Shown: in pieces, positions 52,205 through 64,000 of the stretch
Layout: each line of letters begins with the position of its first letter
Position numbering within the stretch: position 1 is the stretch's first letter
Origin: Octopus sinensis
Taxonomy: Eukaryota
Reading direction: 5' to 3'
NCBI RefSeq assembly: GCF_006345805.1
Contig: NC_043005.1
Location: 5,208,001-5,272,000 of the forward strand
Length of the DNA stretch: 64,000 bases
Notes under the pieces: generated by a model
The model's database searches: none
Seen by the model: only the letters and a program-made list of their open reading frames with translations
What the model was told of the DNA's origin: nothing
Position numbers and translations under genes: made by a program

Positions 52205-52760
52205 TCCATAGTGGCTGCCCCCTCGTTATCGAGTATGGCCATTGCACGATGCTTAATCAATGTTGTTATCGTGCAATGCCTGTGCAAGAAGAGTTTTTTT
52301 AAAGTGAGGAGAGGCTGTGCACTGAGTCAATCACACTCGCTAAGCAACAGCAGCCATAATCCGAAAAGAAGACCAAGTCAACATCATCGGTAACCACTGA
52401 GTCGCAGGTTTTATGTCGGAGTTATCCCAGTTACCTGAGTTACCTTCTCCTAGAAGGATGCCCTAACAAAGGCTGGGAGTCCTTCACTCCCAATGGTTTA
52501 ACCGTGTGATCGGGTATTAAGTCTGATTATTTCTGTGTCCCCGCGCATGATACAGCCTTAAGACATTTATTGGATGGCCGTTCACTCTCAAGAGTTCCTC
52601 CGCCCTTTGACGGGTTTTGTTTTTCATCCCATAGGGTGTCCGATAAACACCCTCCTCACAAAGCAAGCTTGGTGGGGTTGCCGGTTTAGTCGACGATGAC
52701 CCGACCATGCAACAGGTTGTACTGGGTTACATGTTACCAGTAGCACTCGAAAGTGACTTG
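52205..52760 (-). mobile_element. CpG-rich non-autonomous RTE-related retroelement flanked by (CATA)n
   Basis: Minus strand contains gggcatccttctaggagaaggtaactc (recalled RTE 5' UTR motif), an 11-bp 3' stem-loop (52240-52250 / 52268-52278) and a (TGTA)n tail. Confidence 0.55.
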
Positions 52761-54354
52761 ACATACATACATACATACAGGTATGTATGTATGTATTCCT
52801 ATATGCTTGTATAAGTATGAATGTGAGCATTTGGGTCTCCTTTTCTTGACATTTTGTGATAGTTGTAAACAAGTGTCCCTTACAAGCAATGTCCTTCATT
52901 TCTAGTCTTCCATGAAACATGTCCAATCATGGGAAAGTATTACCTTGCTTAGAAACAAATGAAGATCGGCAACAATGGCACCTGGCCATTGAAAAACCTG
53001 CCATAATAAATTCCATCTGACCCATACAAACATAGAAAAATAGATGCTGAAATGATGATGATGATGATGATGATGATGATGTGCGTATAATTTCTGTTGT
53101 GCATATAGTTTTATCACAATTTTAGTTTTTGTTTCTTGTTTTTGTTTTGCAATACAAAGACACTGCAAGTGAGATAAGAATAGATAGGATAAAGATCCTT
53201 CCCGAGTCATACAGACTCAAGAGTCAGTTTCCCAGTTTCTGTGTTGTATATATCCACAACCCCGGACTAAATGCCAGTCCATTGGTGGATTACTCATTTT
53301 TCCAGCTAAATGTACTGGAGCAACATGGAATGAAGTGTTTTGCTCAAGTATACAATGCATCGCTCGGTCCGGGAATCGAAACCACAATCTTACAATCATG
53401 ATTCCAATCACTAAGCCACACACCACCTATGAGAGGTGGCAACTATGTCAGCTAACCCAGTTAAAGCAATTTGAAATGGTTATTTGAGATTGGGTGTGGA
53501 GCTAGGCCGGTTTGAAGGTAAGAGGCCTTTGTCATATTAACGGTCTGCCTCCTAAGCTGGATACTAAAATCCGTGCTCAACATGTTACAAACCTTTCAAT
53601 TATGTGAACAACAGCAAGAATAAAACTAATAATAGCAAGAATGATGATGATAATAATAATAATGATGATGATGATAACGTTATTAATAATAATGATAATA
53701 ATCTGCTTTACATTAAAAAAGAGATAACAGTAATATTTTCACCAGAAAGTCACCATAACTAAATGGCTTAAGCTTTAAACATTGAGGATAAAATTAATGA
53801 TAACAGGAAAATTAGAAATAAAACAAATGAAATAGAACATAAAAGTTTAAAAAATAGGCATATGCAGCAAAAAAAATAGTTAATCGTTTATCATTGTTTC
53901 TCTTAATTAAAAGAGGAAAGAAAAATGTTAAAGGAAAAATAATAATAATAAAATAAGTGAAAAGTATATACTAAAGAAAAAAAGCTGCTTGTAGTCAGTC
54001 CATTTTGAGGCGTTGTTGGTTGCTAATAAATCGGTGGAACAGTGAAAAGAGGTGTGGTTAATAGAATCCCATAAAATTAAGGTATGACATCTTGTTTGGC
54101 AAACATGGTAGTTAATGGACTAAGATAATATAATAAAAAATAAGCAGAGGTTTTTCTTGGTGTCTTCTTCTTCTCTGCAGCACACAGCATGCAGTAAGCT
54201 TCTTTACTCTCTGCTGTCACTGTGAATGCAACCACACCATGTCAGACCACTGCCTTAATCTACACCATCCCACCATTATCCCGTTCTCAAAGAACAATTG
54301 TGTGAGATGTTTTATTGTCAACAGTAACAACTTTGTAAAAGAACATGGGATCTT

Positions 54355-54745
54355 TTATCCTTTTCTTGTTTTAGTCATCAGACTGTGGCCATGCTTGGGC
54401 ACCACCTTGAAGAATTTTTAGTTAAATGAATCAAATACAGTATTTATTTATTTTATGCCTGGTACTTTTTCTATTGGTCTCTTTTGCCAAACCACTGAGT
54501 CATGGATATGTAAATACACCAATACCAGTTGTCAAGCTGGGAACAAACACACACACATACATATATACATATACATATATACGACGGGCTTCTTTCAGTT
54601 TCTGTTTACTAAATCCACTCACAAGGCTTTTGTTGGTTCGAGGCTGTAGTAGAAGACACTTTCCCAAGGTGTCATGAAGTGAGACTGAACCTGGAACCAT
54701 GTGATTGGGAAGCAAACTTCTTACCACACAGCCACACCTGCACCT
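54355..54745 (-). mobile_element. SINE family A
   Basis: Full head and tail similarity to other copies. Confidence 0.8.
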
Positions 54746-55309
54746 GATTTCTACTACTATTAATTAAAACAACATCTCTCTGATACTCAAACCCTGCAAA
54801 GTTAATTGCTGTTCAGTAAGCATATATAGGATTGTTCAACATGCTAGAAATAGAAGCTAAATCACCATTGAATCACACCCTTTGATCTTAGGTGACAAAT
54901 TCACAGATTTGCTAGAGCATCGAACAGAATGCTACATGGTACTTGTTCCAACTCTCTTTACATTCTGAGTTCAAATCCTACTGGTGTTAACTTTGTCTTT
55001 TGTTTTTCCGGGGTCAATAATTTAAGTACTCCTCTTGAATGGTGAATTCGCTGAATTGTTAGAGCATTGGATGGGTAGTTTTGTAGTATTTATTCCAGCT
55101 GTCTGCATTCTGAGTTCAAATCCCATCATTGTCAACTTTGCCTTTTATTCTTCTGGAGGTCAATTAAATACTGGGACAGTCCTGGGCAGTGGTTTGGGGA
55201 ATTTTTCTGGTATTTGTTCCAACTCGCTACTATATGAGTTTGAATCCTGGCTAAGGTCAATTCTGCTTTTTATCATTCTGGGATCAATAAAATATGTTGG
55301 CAGTTCAGG

Positions 55310-55717
55310 CAGGGCTGGATTGAACCCCATAGAGGCTCTAAGCACTTAAAAGATTTTGGTACCCCCATCTATATGAAATTCAAAATGTAAATAATAATAA
55401 ACCATAAAATAATTTTTTATTTTTCAAAATGAAACAAAACTCACATTAAAATGGAAAATGATGTTTATTTTTGTATACTTCCACTTGAATTATATTTGAA
55501 AAGTTTTCTCCTACTTTTTTTCATTGCAAAATCTTTGGACACCATGAACATTTTGAAATTATATTTCCAATAATACAAACCACTTTGGATATTATTTTAG
55601 CTAGGGTAAAGTGATTTCTTTTGTGCTGTAAACCATTTACCATTTCTGTGGTGTGCCCCCTCTTCCCTTCAAGCCTCAAGAACATACTTATTTTGCTTAA
55701 TAGTTAATCGAGTGCTG
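55310..55717. mobile_element. hAT-like MITE, copy 2
   Basis: TIRs cagggctggatt / aatcgagtgctg; flanks agttcagg / agtctagg match 6/8; homologous to 17161-17588. Confidence 0.8.
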
Positions 55718-56327
55718 AGTCTAGGGGCAGTGGATTAGGGAATTGTCTGAGCATCAAACCAGATGATTTGTGGCAGTGGTTGTTTCCATCTCTTTGCATT
55801 CTGAATTCTTGAGTCGTAGATTAAATTCAACATCTAATTGAAGACTACTATCTTGTCCCTTGGGTGCCTGGAGCAGAATTCTCCCTGTTGCAAGCATTCA
55901 GACCAAATCTTTGGTTTGAGGGTATATTTCTGCTTTTTAGCCACTAACCTCAGATGGAGCTCTTGAGAAAACAGAGGATCATGGGTACTGATTTTCTCTC
56001 TCTAACTAAAAATGAAACAAAATATTAACTCTAATTAATGACGATATTTAATGTATGAAGACTTTAAGGAATTAATTTAAAATAATTTAAAATAACTTTG
56101 TTGTGAGAGAAAAACATTTGTTTGTTAATGACTCTAATATTTTAATTTGTCAGCAAATACTTTTCTACTCTAGGCACAAGGCCCATTTGTCAGCAAATAC
56201 AAGAGAGGAGTTAAATCTTTTGATTGCTCCATGCACTGAATGTGTTATATATTGTTTGAATTAAAGAAACAATGTATATATAATATTTATAATGTGCAAT
56301 GGTGCTCACTGTGATATTTTGTCTCAG

Positions 56328-56415
56328 GAGGACTTCCCTTAAGAGACTTAGTGTGTTAAAAAACACAGAGAACACCCAGAATGGTGTCAATGGATCATCA
56401 GACACTGGGTTTTGA
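56328..56415 (+). CDS. Candidate terminal coding exon (RTSLKRLSVLKNTENTQNGVNGSSDTGF*)
   Basis: Acceptor gctcactgtgatattttgtctcag|G with branch-like CTCAC, phase 2, unique sequence. Confidence 0.45.
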
Positions 56416-57049
56416 CTTAATTTGGTACTCTCAGAGATGAACACCCTCAGACATTCTGAGCTAAAGCAGAAGCATCATTCCTATACAGAAATCAGTGAAT
56501 GGAATGTTCCCCAATTTATGTGGAATCTAGCCAGGCTTAAATCAAATAAATATGCCCCAGCATGGCCACAGCTCATAAGCTGAAACTAGAATCAATCAAT
56601 CAATCAATCAATAACATTGAAATAACAATATAACATAGTCTATATACAAACAATGAATGTTGCTGGCTGTAACAGTTTGTCCCACAGAAACTTATCTTTA
56701 GATATACTTTCTGTGTTAAAAACTCTTACCATCATTATCAGTTAACATCTGTTTCCCACGGTAGCAAGGGTTAGAATAGTTTTAACAGGAGCTGGCAAGG
56801 AAAGCAACTGCATCAGGCTTCAATGTCTGCTTTGGTATGCTTTCTATAGCCTGACACCCATCCTCATACCAATGCCTTTCTTAATGCCATAGAAATGAAA
56901 ATCGATTAACCTGGCCTAAATATTCTACATGTCTTATGTTCAAATAAACAATCACTGAAACCTCAAAGCTGTAAGATAATGCATGATTAATTAAAAACAA
57001 TTTGAGTGAAAAATTATTACATTTAACAGAGTAATCTGAACACTAAAGG

Positions 57050-57258
57050 TGGCAAGCTGGCAGAAACGTCAGCACGCTGGACGAAATGCTTAGTGATATT
57101 TTGTCTGTCTTTACATTCTGAGTTCAAATTCCGCTGAGGTCGACTTTGCCTTTCATCTTTTCGGAATCGATAAATTAAGTACCAGTTGTGTACTGGGGTC
57201 AATCTAATCGACTGGCCCCATACCCAACATTTCAGGCCTTGTGTCTAGAGAAGAAAAG
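57050..57258 (+). mobile_element. SINE B with a 17-bp TSD, inserted in a TTAA-bounded (piggyBac-like) MITE (56906-57280)
   Basis: aatctgaacactaaagg at 57033-57049 and 57259-57275; the host ends in aaagggttaa. Confidence 0.8.
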
Positions 57259-57464
57259 AATCTGAACACTAAAGGGTTAAATACTGGCTAATATCATTTT
57301 TTCCTTTTCTCACACCATATTTCTTGCAACTTGGCTATTTTCTTCACAACACATTTCGTCCATTAGATATTGATTTTCATGTGGCTGCCATTTTGAATTA
57401 TTTAGAAGGAATAATATTTTGTTCATAAATTTACTTTGTTAAGGGAAAAAAAAATCAAATCAAA

Positions 57465-57890
57465 TAGGTGCAGGCACGGATGTGGCTGCTAAGAAACTTA
57501 GTTTGCAAGCAAGCGATTTCAGGTTCAATTCCCACTGCACAGCACTTTAGGCAAGTGTCTTCCACTATAACCTTGGCCAGACCAATGCTTTGTAGGTGAA
57601 TTTGCTAAACAAAAACAATGTGGGATTCTGTTGTGTGTGTGTGTGTGTGTGTGTGTGCATATATGTATATGTATGTATGTGTTGCTGTGTTTATGTTTCC
57701 CCACCACCACTGCTTGTCAACCGGTGTTGGTTTGTTTACATCCCAGTAAAAGTGCTAACACTGATAGAAAAAAGCAATAGAGACTGATAGAATAATTACT
57801 TTAAAAAAAAAAAGGTACTAGGATTGAATTATTTGACTAAACCCATGAAGGTAACAATCCAGTGACTGAAACAAGTAAAAGATAAAAGTT
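57465..57890 (+). mobile_element. SINE family A
   Basis: Head and tail motifs. Confidence 0.75.
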
Positions 57891-59775
57891 CATTGAATGA
57901 TCAAAGTAAATATTTCATTTAATTGTTTTAAGAATATTTGCTTTAATAATTAAAAAAAAAAGAAGGTGAGTGAAACTTGTTAATTACCAGCTGAGTGAGA
58001 TTTAAGCATGTCTAGAATGTAAATACAGACAGGTTGAGTGTCTGATGTCTTTGACCATCATGACCACAGTCGTATGTAAATATTCCAGGTTTCAGACAAA
58101 CTCACCTCACCTCCCACTTGTATATATAACAGTGTGAGTTAAAAATAAATAAATTGGAAAAAAAAAATCATGAAAAAATGTTTAAAAAATTATATACATA
58201 TATATATATAAAAAAGAAAGCCTCACTCTTTGATACGATGTGTTAATCCATTTAGAGTTAATTAAACATTTTCTTTTCGTAACGATCAAACAATTTCACC
58301 AGCAACAGCTCTCACATTTTAAAGACGAGTTGTTAACTGCATTAATTAATAATACACACAGATGTGTGTGTATATGCATATATCAATGCGCATGTGTGTG
58401 TGTGTGTCTGTGTGTGTAAAAAAAGAAAGAAGGCAAGATGTTTAACTCTTTGTCAAGTGTGTTAATTAAAAGTGTTACTGTCAATAACTCTTATATACTT
58501 TGTAAAAACAGCTCTCCTTAAAATCTCTTGACATTTTTGAGATCACATTTACGCATTATGGCTAAATTTAATTATTCTGTAACTATGTATACATGCTGTA
58601 GAATGGTGACAAGCTTCCAGAAAGCCACAACTGTGATGCAGTTTCAATTCCTAAGTCCTGTTGTTTCATTTAACCTTGCTCCCTTCTTTACACTTTTCTT
58701 TCTGGTTGAGGGAGTCAACTTTTCTTGATCACATTGTTCTTTTTGTATTCTTTTGGGAAATAGCACAACTGGAACACAAAGACCAAGAACACTGCAACAA
58801 CACTTCTAATGTTTTCCCCACCCTGCTGCCTTAATTCTCAGCCTTTGCTTCTTTTACCTCATTTGCCTAAAATAACTTCTTCAACCAAGAACTTATCTTA
58901 GAAAAAGTGCTTATTCTAATGGGCACTTTTTGTTGAACTGCTAAGTTACTGGAACATAAACAAACCAATACCTATTGTCAAGTGATGAAGGATAAAGACA
59001 CACACACACACACACGCGCGCATGCACGCACATGATTGTCATCATTGCCATCATTTGACTGCTCACTTTTGCATGCTTGTGTGCATCAGACAGAATTCAT
59101 TGAGGCAGATTTTCTATGATTCTGTGTCCTTTAGTCATCAATCCTCACCTGTTTACAAACCAGTTAATATTTCCTTGATCTCCAACTTAACATTCAGGTT
59201 GTGTTAGAACACTGAATACTGTATTATTTACCTTGAGAGGATCTCTCATAAGGACTCATGGTGTGTAAAAAATATTTGAAATTCTAACAGTGGCAGATGA
59301 GAACCATTTGATACAGCTGCTGGAACTGCCAGATCATGTGATTTCACCCTGCTGTGGGTTCCTCAGTGACAGATGTCCAGTAGAGACATGACAACTGAAT
59401 CTGCAACCAACAATGTATAAAATCTCAGTGTCTATTCAGCCACTGGTGTTGCTAATAGCCAGTGGGCTTATTAAAAAAAATTAATGTCAATAGAGGCAGT
59501 ATTAATCTCCAACTTAACATGGAGCTTGTATTAAAACACAGAATACTGTGTTATTTACCTTGAGAAGAGCTTTCATAAGGACTTGTGGTGCATAAAAGCA
59601 CACATAATTGTATCATTGACAAACAAGAATTGTCTGGTCACATAGTTTTCTCATTTCTAACTCAACTTCCATATTAAGTTGAAGATCAAGATTACATTTT
59701 GGTATTAATATTGCTTCTGTTACACGCACACACACATACATTCACACACACATTCGCACACACACACTCACACAC

Positions 59776-59810
<35 letters not shown>

Positions 59811-60259
59811 AGTGTGTTCCAGTTACCAAATCTCTTCACAGAGCTTTAATCAATCTGGTACTATAATAGAACCTCTTGCCTGAGATGTTGTCATTCAGTG
59901 GGACTGAAACCAAAACCATGTGATCAAGAAGCAAACTTCTTAACGACATAGCCTTGTTTGCTAAGGTATTCCGTTTATATACGTGATATACCCAGACTAA
60001 GAAATCCTAAATAACCAAGGGGAGTTGTTTACTTCTTTCCATCCATCTTCATTGCTCTCTATTCCTGTGATGATTAAGGGGAGAGAGTTTTCAGACATGC
60101 CCTCTGGAGGATCCTGTCAAAAGCAACCATCTGCAAATGTTCCGGCTGGATCCCCAAGCAAGCCTGACTGAGGCTCTGGAGGTTAATAACCTTCTCACTC
60201 ATGCTTTAATCCTCAATCTCCCATTGTTCAGCCTTGTCTATAAAACCTGTTCTATTTGC

Positions 60260-60645
60260 CAGGCACAGATGTGGCTATGTGGGAAGAAGTTTGCTTCCCA
60301 ACCACTTAGCTCTGGGTTCAGTTCCACTGTGTGACACCTTTCACAAGTTTCTTCTGCTATAACCTCAGGCAACCAAAACTTTGTGACTGGATTTGGTAGA
60401 TGGAAACTGAAAGAAGTCCATTGTGTATATATTTATGTGTGTGTATGTATGTTCATCTCCTACCACAGTTTGACAACTGGTGTTGGCGTGTTTATGTCCC
60501 CATAATTTAGCAGTTTGGTAAAAGAGACTGATAGAATAAGGACCAGGCTTTAAAAAGAAAGTATTGGGGTCAGTTCGTTTGTCTAAAATTCTTCAAGGTG
60601 GAGCTCTAGCATGGCCACAGTCTAATGACTGAAACAAGTAAAAGT
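60260..60645 (+). mobile_element. SINE family A
   Basis: Head and tail motifs. Confidence 0.8.
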
Positions 60646-61444
60646 AGTAGTGGGACTGTAACCTCTCAATGTGTGTGGAAAAGTAATGGCTTGTTCTGAA
60701 GAAACTCCCTGATCTTTGAGCCATGTCCCCTGCTGAGTAATGTTATTCTATTGACCCTTCGAGGGAGCCTATTTCAGCTGCTTTCTATTCATGATTCTAC
60801 TCTTAAGTAACAAAAAAAAAAATGGCTTACTTCTTGAGGTGACCAGTTAAATAAAAGCTTGTCCTACCCTTTCGTTACCATATTTCTAATGAAATGTAAC
60901 CTCTTTGTTTCAATTAATTTTGCGAATAATGAGGAATTTAATAAAATAACTTTGTTATTATTCAGCTGGTGTTTGGAACATAATCTAAAATTTTGATTAA
61001 AGGTTTTAATTTAGTTCACTTTGAAACAAGAAGCTTGTATCACAAGGGTAATCTCGGGTGGGTTTGCTATCAATAAGGCTAACTAAACATTTATGTTTCT
61101 TTTACATTCATATTTCTTTCACATCTGGGTATTGAGAAGTGAAAGTTAATGATGAAAACTTGTAACTTAAGCCCCACCAAGGGGGCATATGGATTAAGAA
61201 AAAAATACAGTCATTTTGTTATGTAGGTACAAAACTGACTTATATAACTACAGAACTGGTATCAGTAATGATGGCATATAGGTTAAATTAATATATTTAA
61301 TTTAATATTGTTATCGGTGAGTTAATTACTTTTTCTACTTTATGTTTCTGCACTCAGCACTACCACTGCTGTCAAGCTTCTAAGGTTTCTAGTCCTTAGA
61401 GCCCTTGGTTTGGTGCACCACTAAATTGCATCTATCCATCTATG

Positions 61445-61635
61445 CAAAACCTCAGTTATCATCATTATCATCATCATCACCACCACCCTCATTATTATCA
61501 TTGTCATAATTATTGTTGGTCGTCAGTGTCATGTACAGCATTACTACCACCACCACCATCACCACTGTCACCATCCTCCTCACCATCATCAATATCATCA
61601 CAACCACAATCCTCCTCCTCCTCCTCATCATCAAT

Positions 61636-61666
<31 letters not shown>

Positions 61667-61670
61667 CCAC
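61445..61670. repeat. (CAT/CAC/CTC)n repeat
   Basis: Visible simple repeats. Confidence 0.9.
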
Positions 61671-62242
61671 CTTGTATAATCTATATATGGCTTGCATGCA
61701 GAGCTAGATTTGGATTCAATGGAGCTATATAAATTGTTGAAGCACCTTCTTAAAAAAAAATTTACTGCAGAAAATCTCTTTTAACTTGGAAATATATATA
61801 CGCCTTTTAATCATTTTGAAGCTGGTGCAGTTTGTGAGATCCCTAAGCTGTAGTATATTTAGCTTAATTCTCATAAACCAGCCGTCAAACCCACTTTTCT
61901 TAAGGCCTTTTGCAGGTCAGTGATTGTTAGACAGAGTGGCTTATTCTTATTTAAGTACTTCTCCTGTAGTTGTCTCATTAGTGCAAAGGTTATGCCGATT
62001 CACTGTAACTCTTAATAATTTTTATAATCCATTGATTCTGTATATTTGTACTTACTTCTTCTTCTTCCTTGAGTATCAAATTTTGCCCTTGAGGCACAGG
62101 TGTGGCTATGTGTTCCAGCCACATGGTTTTGGATTCAGTCCCACTGTGTAACATGTTGGGTAAGTGTCTTCTACTATAGCCCTGAGGCTGACCAATGCCT
62201 TGTGAGTGAAATTGGCAGACAAGAACTGTGTAGAAGTCCATC

Positions 62243-62284
<42 letters not shown>

Positions 62285-62291
<7 letters not shown>

Positions 62292-62476
62292 ATTCAAACA
62301 TGAACAAAGAGAAAACACAACAACACGAAGATGTGGAACAAGTATAGTGTTATTGGATGCTCAGGAAAGGAAAGAAAGAAGGAGGATTTAACGCTTCGAG
62401 CGGAGCTCTTCGTCATAAACATAGAAAAAGGAAAGGTCCAAGGAAGGGAAGACGGAGAAAGAAAATTGCCAACGAT

Positions 62477-62480
<4 letters not shown>
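62285..62480 (-). mobile_element. Short PLE-type element with a degenerate hammerhead (62386-62420)
   Basis: Minus strand: GUUU-AUGACGA-A-GAGC-UCC-GCUC-GAAG-CG-UU-AAAU; next to (TA)n. Confidence 0.65.
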
Positions 62481-62540
<60 letters not shown>

Positions 62541-63319
62541 AATATTTGCCTAGTGTTAGAACTCAATGTACATATGCTTCAGTACAAGACATCAGTAGAG
62601 TACAGAGCAGTAATAAGAAATTGGGACAACAAAGGACTAAACAATAGTTGAGTTCTTGGATATCATCTTATAGCTTCATCGGAGATTATATATGTTGTGT
62701 GTGTGTGTGTGGTGTGTGTGTGTGTGTGTTACTGTCTGCTTGCTTTGACTTCATGTGGTTGTTGTAAACGAGTGTCATTGTCATGCAAGTAGTGTTCTGC
62801 TTTTCCAATCTTCTGTGAAAATATGTCTGGTTATGGGGAAATATTCTCCTGCTTGGAAGCAGGTGAGGGTGGATGACAAGAAGGGCATCTTGTTATAGAA
62901 AATGCACTTCAAATATTTCTGCTGTTCCATACAAGCATGGGAAAATGGACATTATAATGATGCTGATGGTAACGAAGCAGTTAGTAATGATACTGTTATA
63001 AAAAATCATTAGGTCTGGCATTCTCTATATTATCTCAGTTACTCTAAAAGTGATTAGCATGTGACATACCTTGTAAGATATTTCAGCCAAACACCCAGCT
63101 TTCATTTCCTTAATCCTTTGCCTCTCCAAAACATTTTTCATTAGTTTGTCCTAAACATCCATGCTTGTTTTCAAACTTGTAATTAGCCCTTGTTTCATAC
63201 GTTCTGAGTAACATACAGCTTTCCTTTCACAAGTTCCATTTATTCTGCTGGTTAAAAAAATGCCAGCGCATATCATATATGATATGTGAATGCCAGGGAA
63301 ATATTTCCTGCATATCACA

Positions 63320-63690
63320 TCATCATCATCATCGTTTCACGTCCGCTGGATGAATGACTGAGGGCTGGCAAACCAGATGGTGCACCAGGCTTCAATCTTG
63401 ATCTAGCAGAGTTTCTACAGCTGGATGCCCTTCCTAACGCCAACCACTCCAAGAGTGTAGTGGGTGCTTTTATATACCACCAGCATGGGGGCCAGTCAGG
63501 CAGTACTGGCAACGACCTCACTCGAATCTTTTACACATGCCACCGGCACAGATGCCAGTAAGGCGATGCTGGTAACGATCACACTCGGATGGTGTCTTTT
63601 ACGGAGGCCAGATATCTGCTCTGGAAACGATCACACTCGGATGGTGCTCTTAATACCCTACCAGCACGGGGTGATATACAAGACAGTTAA
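63320..63690 (-). mobile_element. RTE 3' UTR and tail
   Basis: catcatcgtttcacgtccg...ggatgcccttcctaacgccaaccactc plus the 3' UTR repeat units. Confidence 0.8.
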
Positions 63691-64000
63691 AGGGTTTATA
63701 ATGCTTTCAACCACGTTGTCAATTTCAATGGATGGTCCTTCTTTGGTCTGATATAGAATAGGCCCCTCTCTTCAATGCATTCTAATTCAATAAATTCTTC
63801 TTGCAGCAATTCCATGAGAGCAAATGTGCCAGTTATAATCCCAACACACATTTTTTATCCAATAACAGCTCATTTCTATTTGGTGCTGCACTGCTTGGCT
63901 TATAATCTACAATACTTTGCACATTTGATGTTCATGCCACAGAACAAGTGCCAACAACTTTTGACTTCCTCAGTTTCCTTGTTAAGTTCATCTGAAGTCT

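Noticed and set aside
53461-53517. 57-nt segment between cag and gtaaga
   Set aside because: Stop codons in all three frames
56211-56444. 77-aa minus-strand ORF
   Set aside because: Antisense to the candidate plus-strand terminal exon and has no recognisable features
63700-64000. Possible degenerate LINE coding remnant on the minus strand
   Set aside because: Only weak frameshifted resemblance; cannot assign it to a family

Overview
AT-rich, microsatellite- and transposon-dense eukaryotic DNA. The repeat families look like those of octopus/coleoid cephalopods; this is an inference from recalled repeat motifs, not a database match. Most of the window is transposon debris: RTE LINEs with (GAT)n tails, R4/Dong-type restriction-like-endonuclease LINEs sitting in (AAT)n tracts, Tx1/L1-type fragments, Tc1, mariner and maT DNA transposons, hAT MITEs, Helitron-like elements and several tRNA-type SINE families. 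Almost all ORFs in the supplied track are microsatellite or antisense artefacts. Main points of interest: (1) four minimal type-I hammerhead-ribozyme motifs in short Penelope-like elements next to (TA)n tracts, one with an intact core (66-156, minus strand) and two with a U4C variant; (2) a 5'-intact LINE ORF1 (gag-like, CCHC knuckle) with one nonsense codon and no ORF2, followed by a decayed paralogous ORF1; (3) a speculative phase-compatible 3-exon gene (27073-27200, 34540-34647, 56328-56415) encoding a 107-aa protein with a KRRVQF PP1-docking motif and an upstream CRE site; (4) a 145-bp near-perfect SINE fold-back hairpin, a mariner element built from two left ends, and an apparently exact 991-bp tandem duplication.
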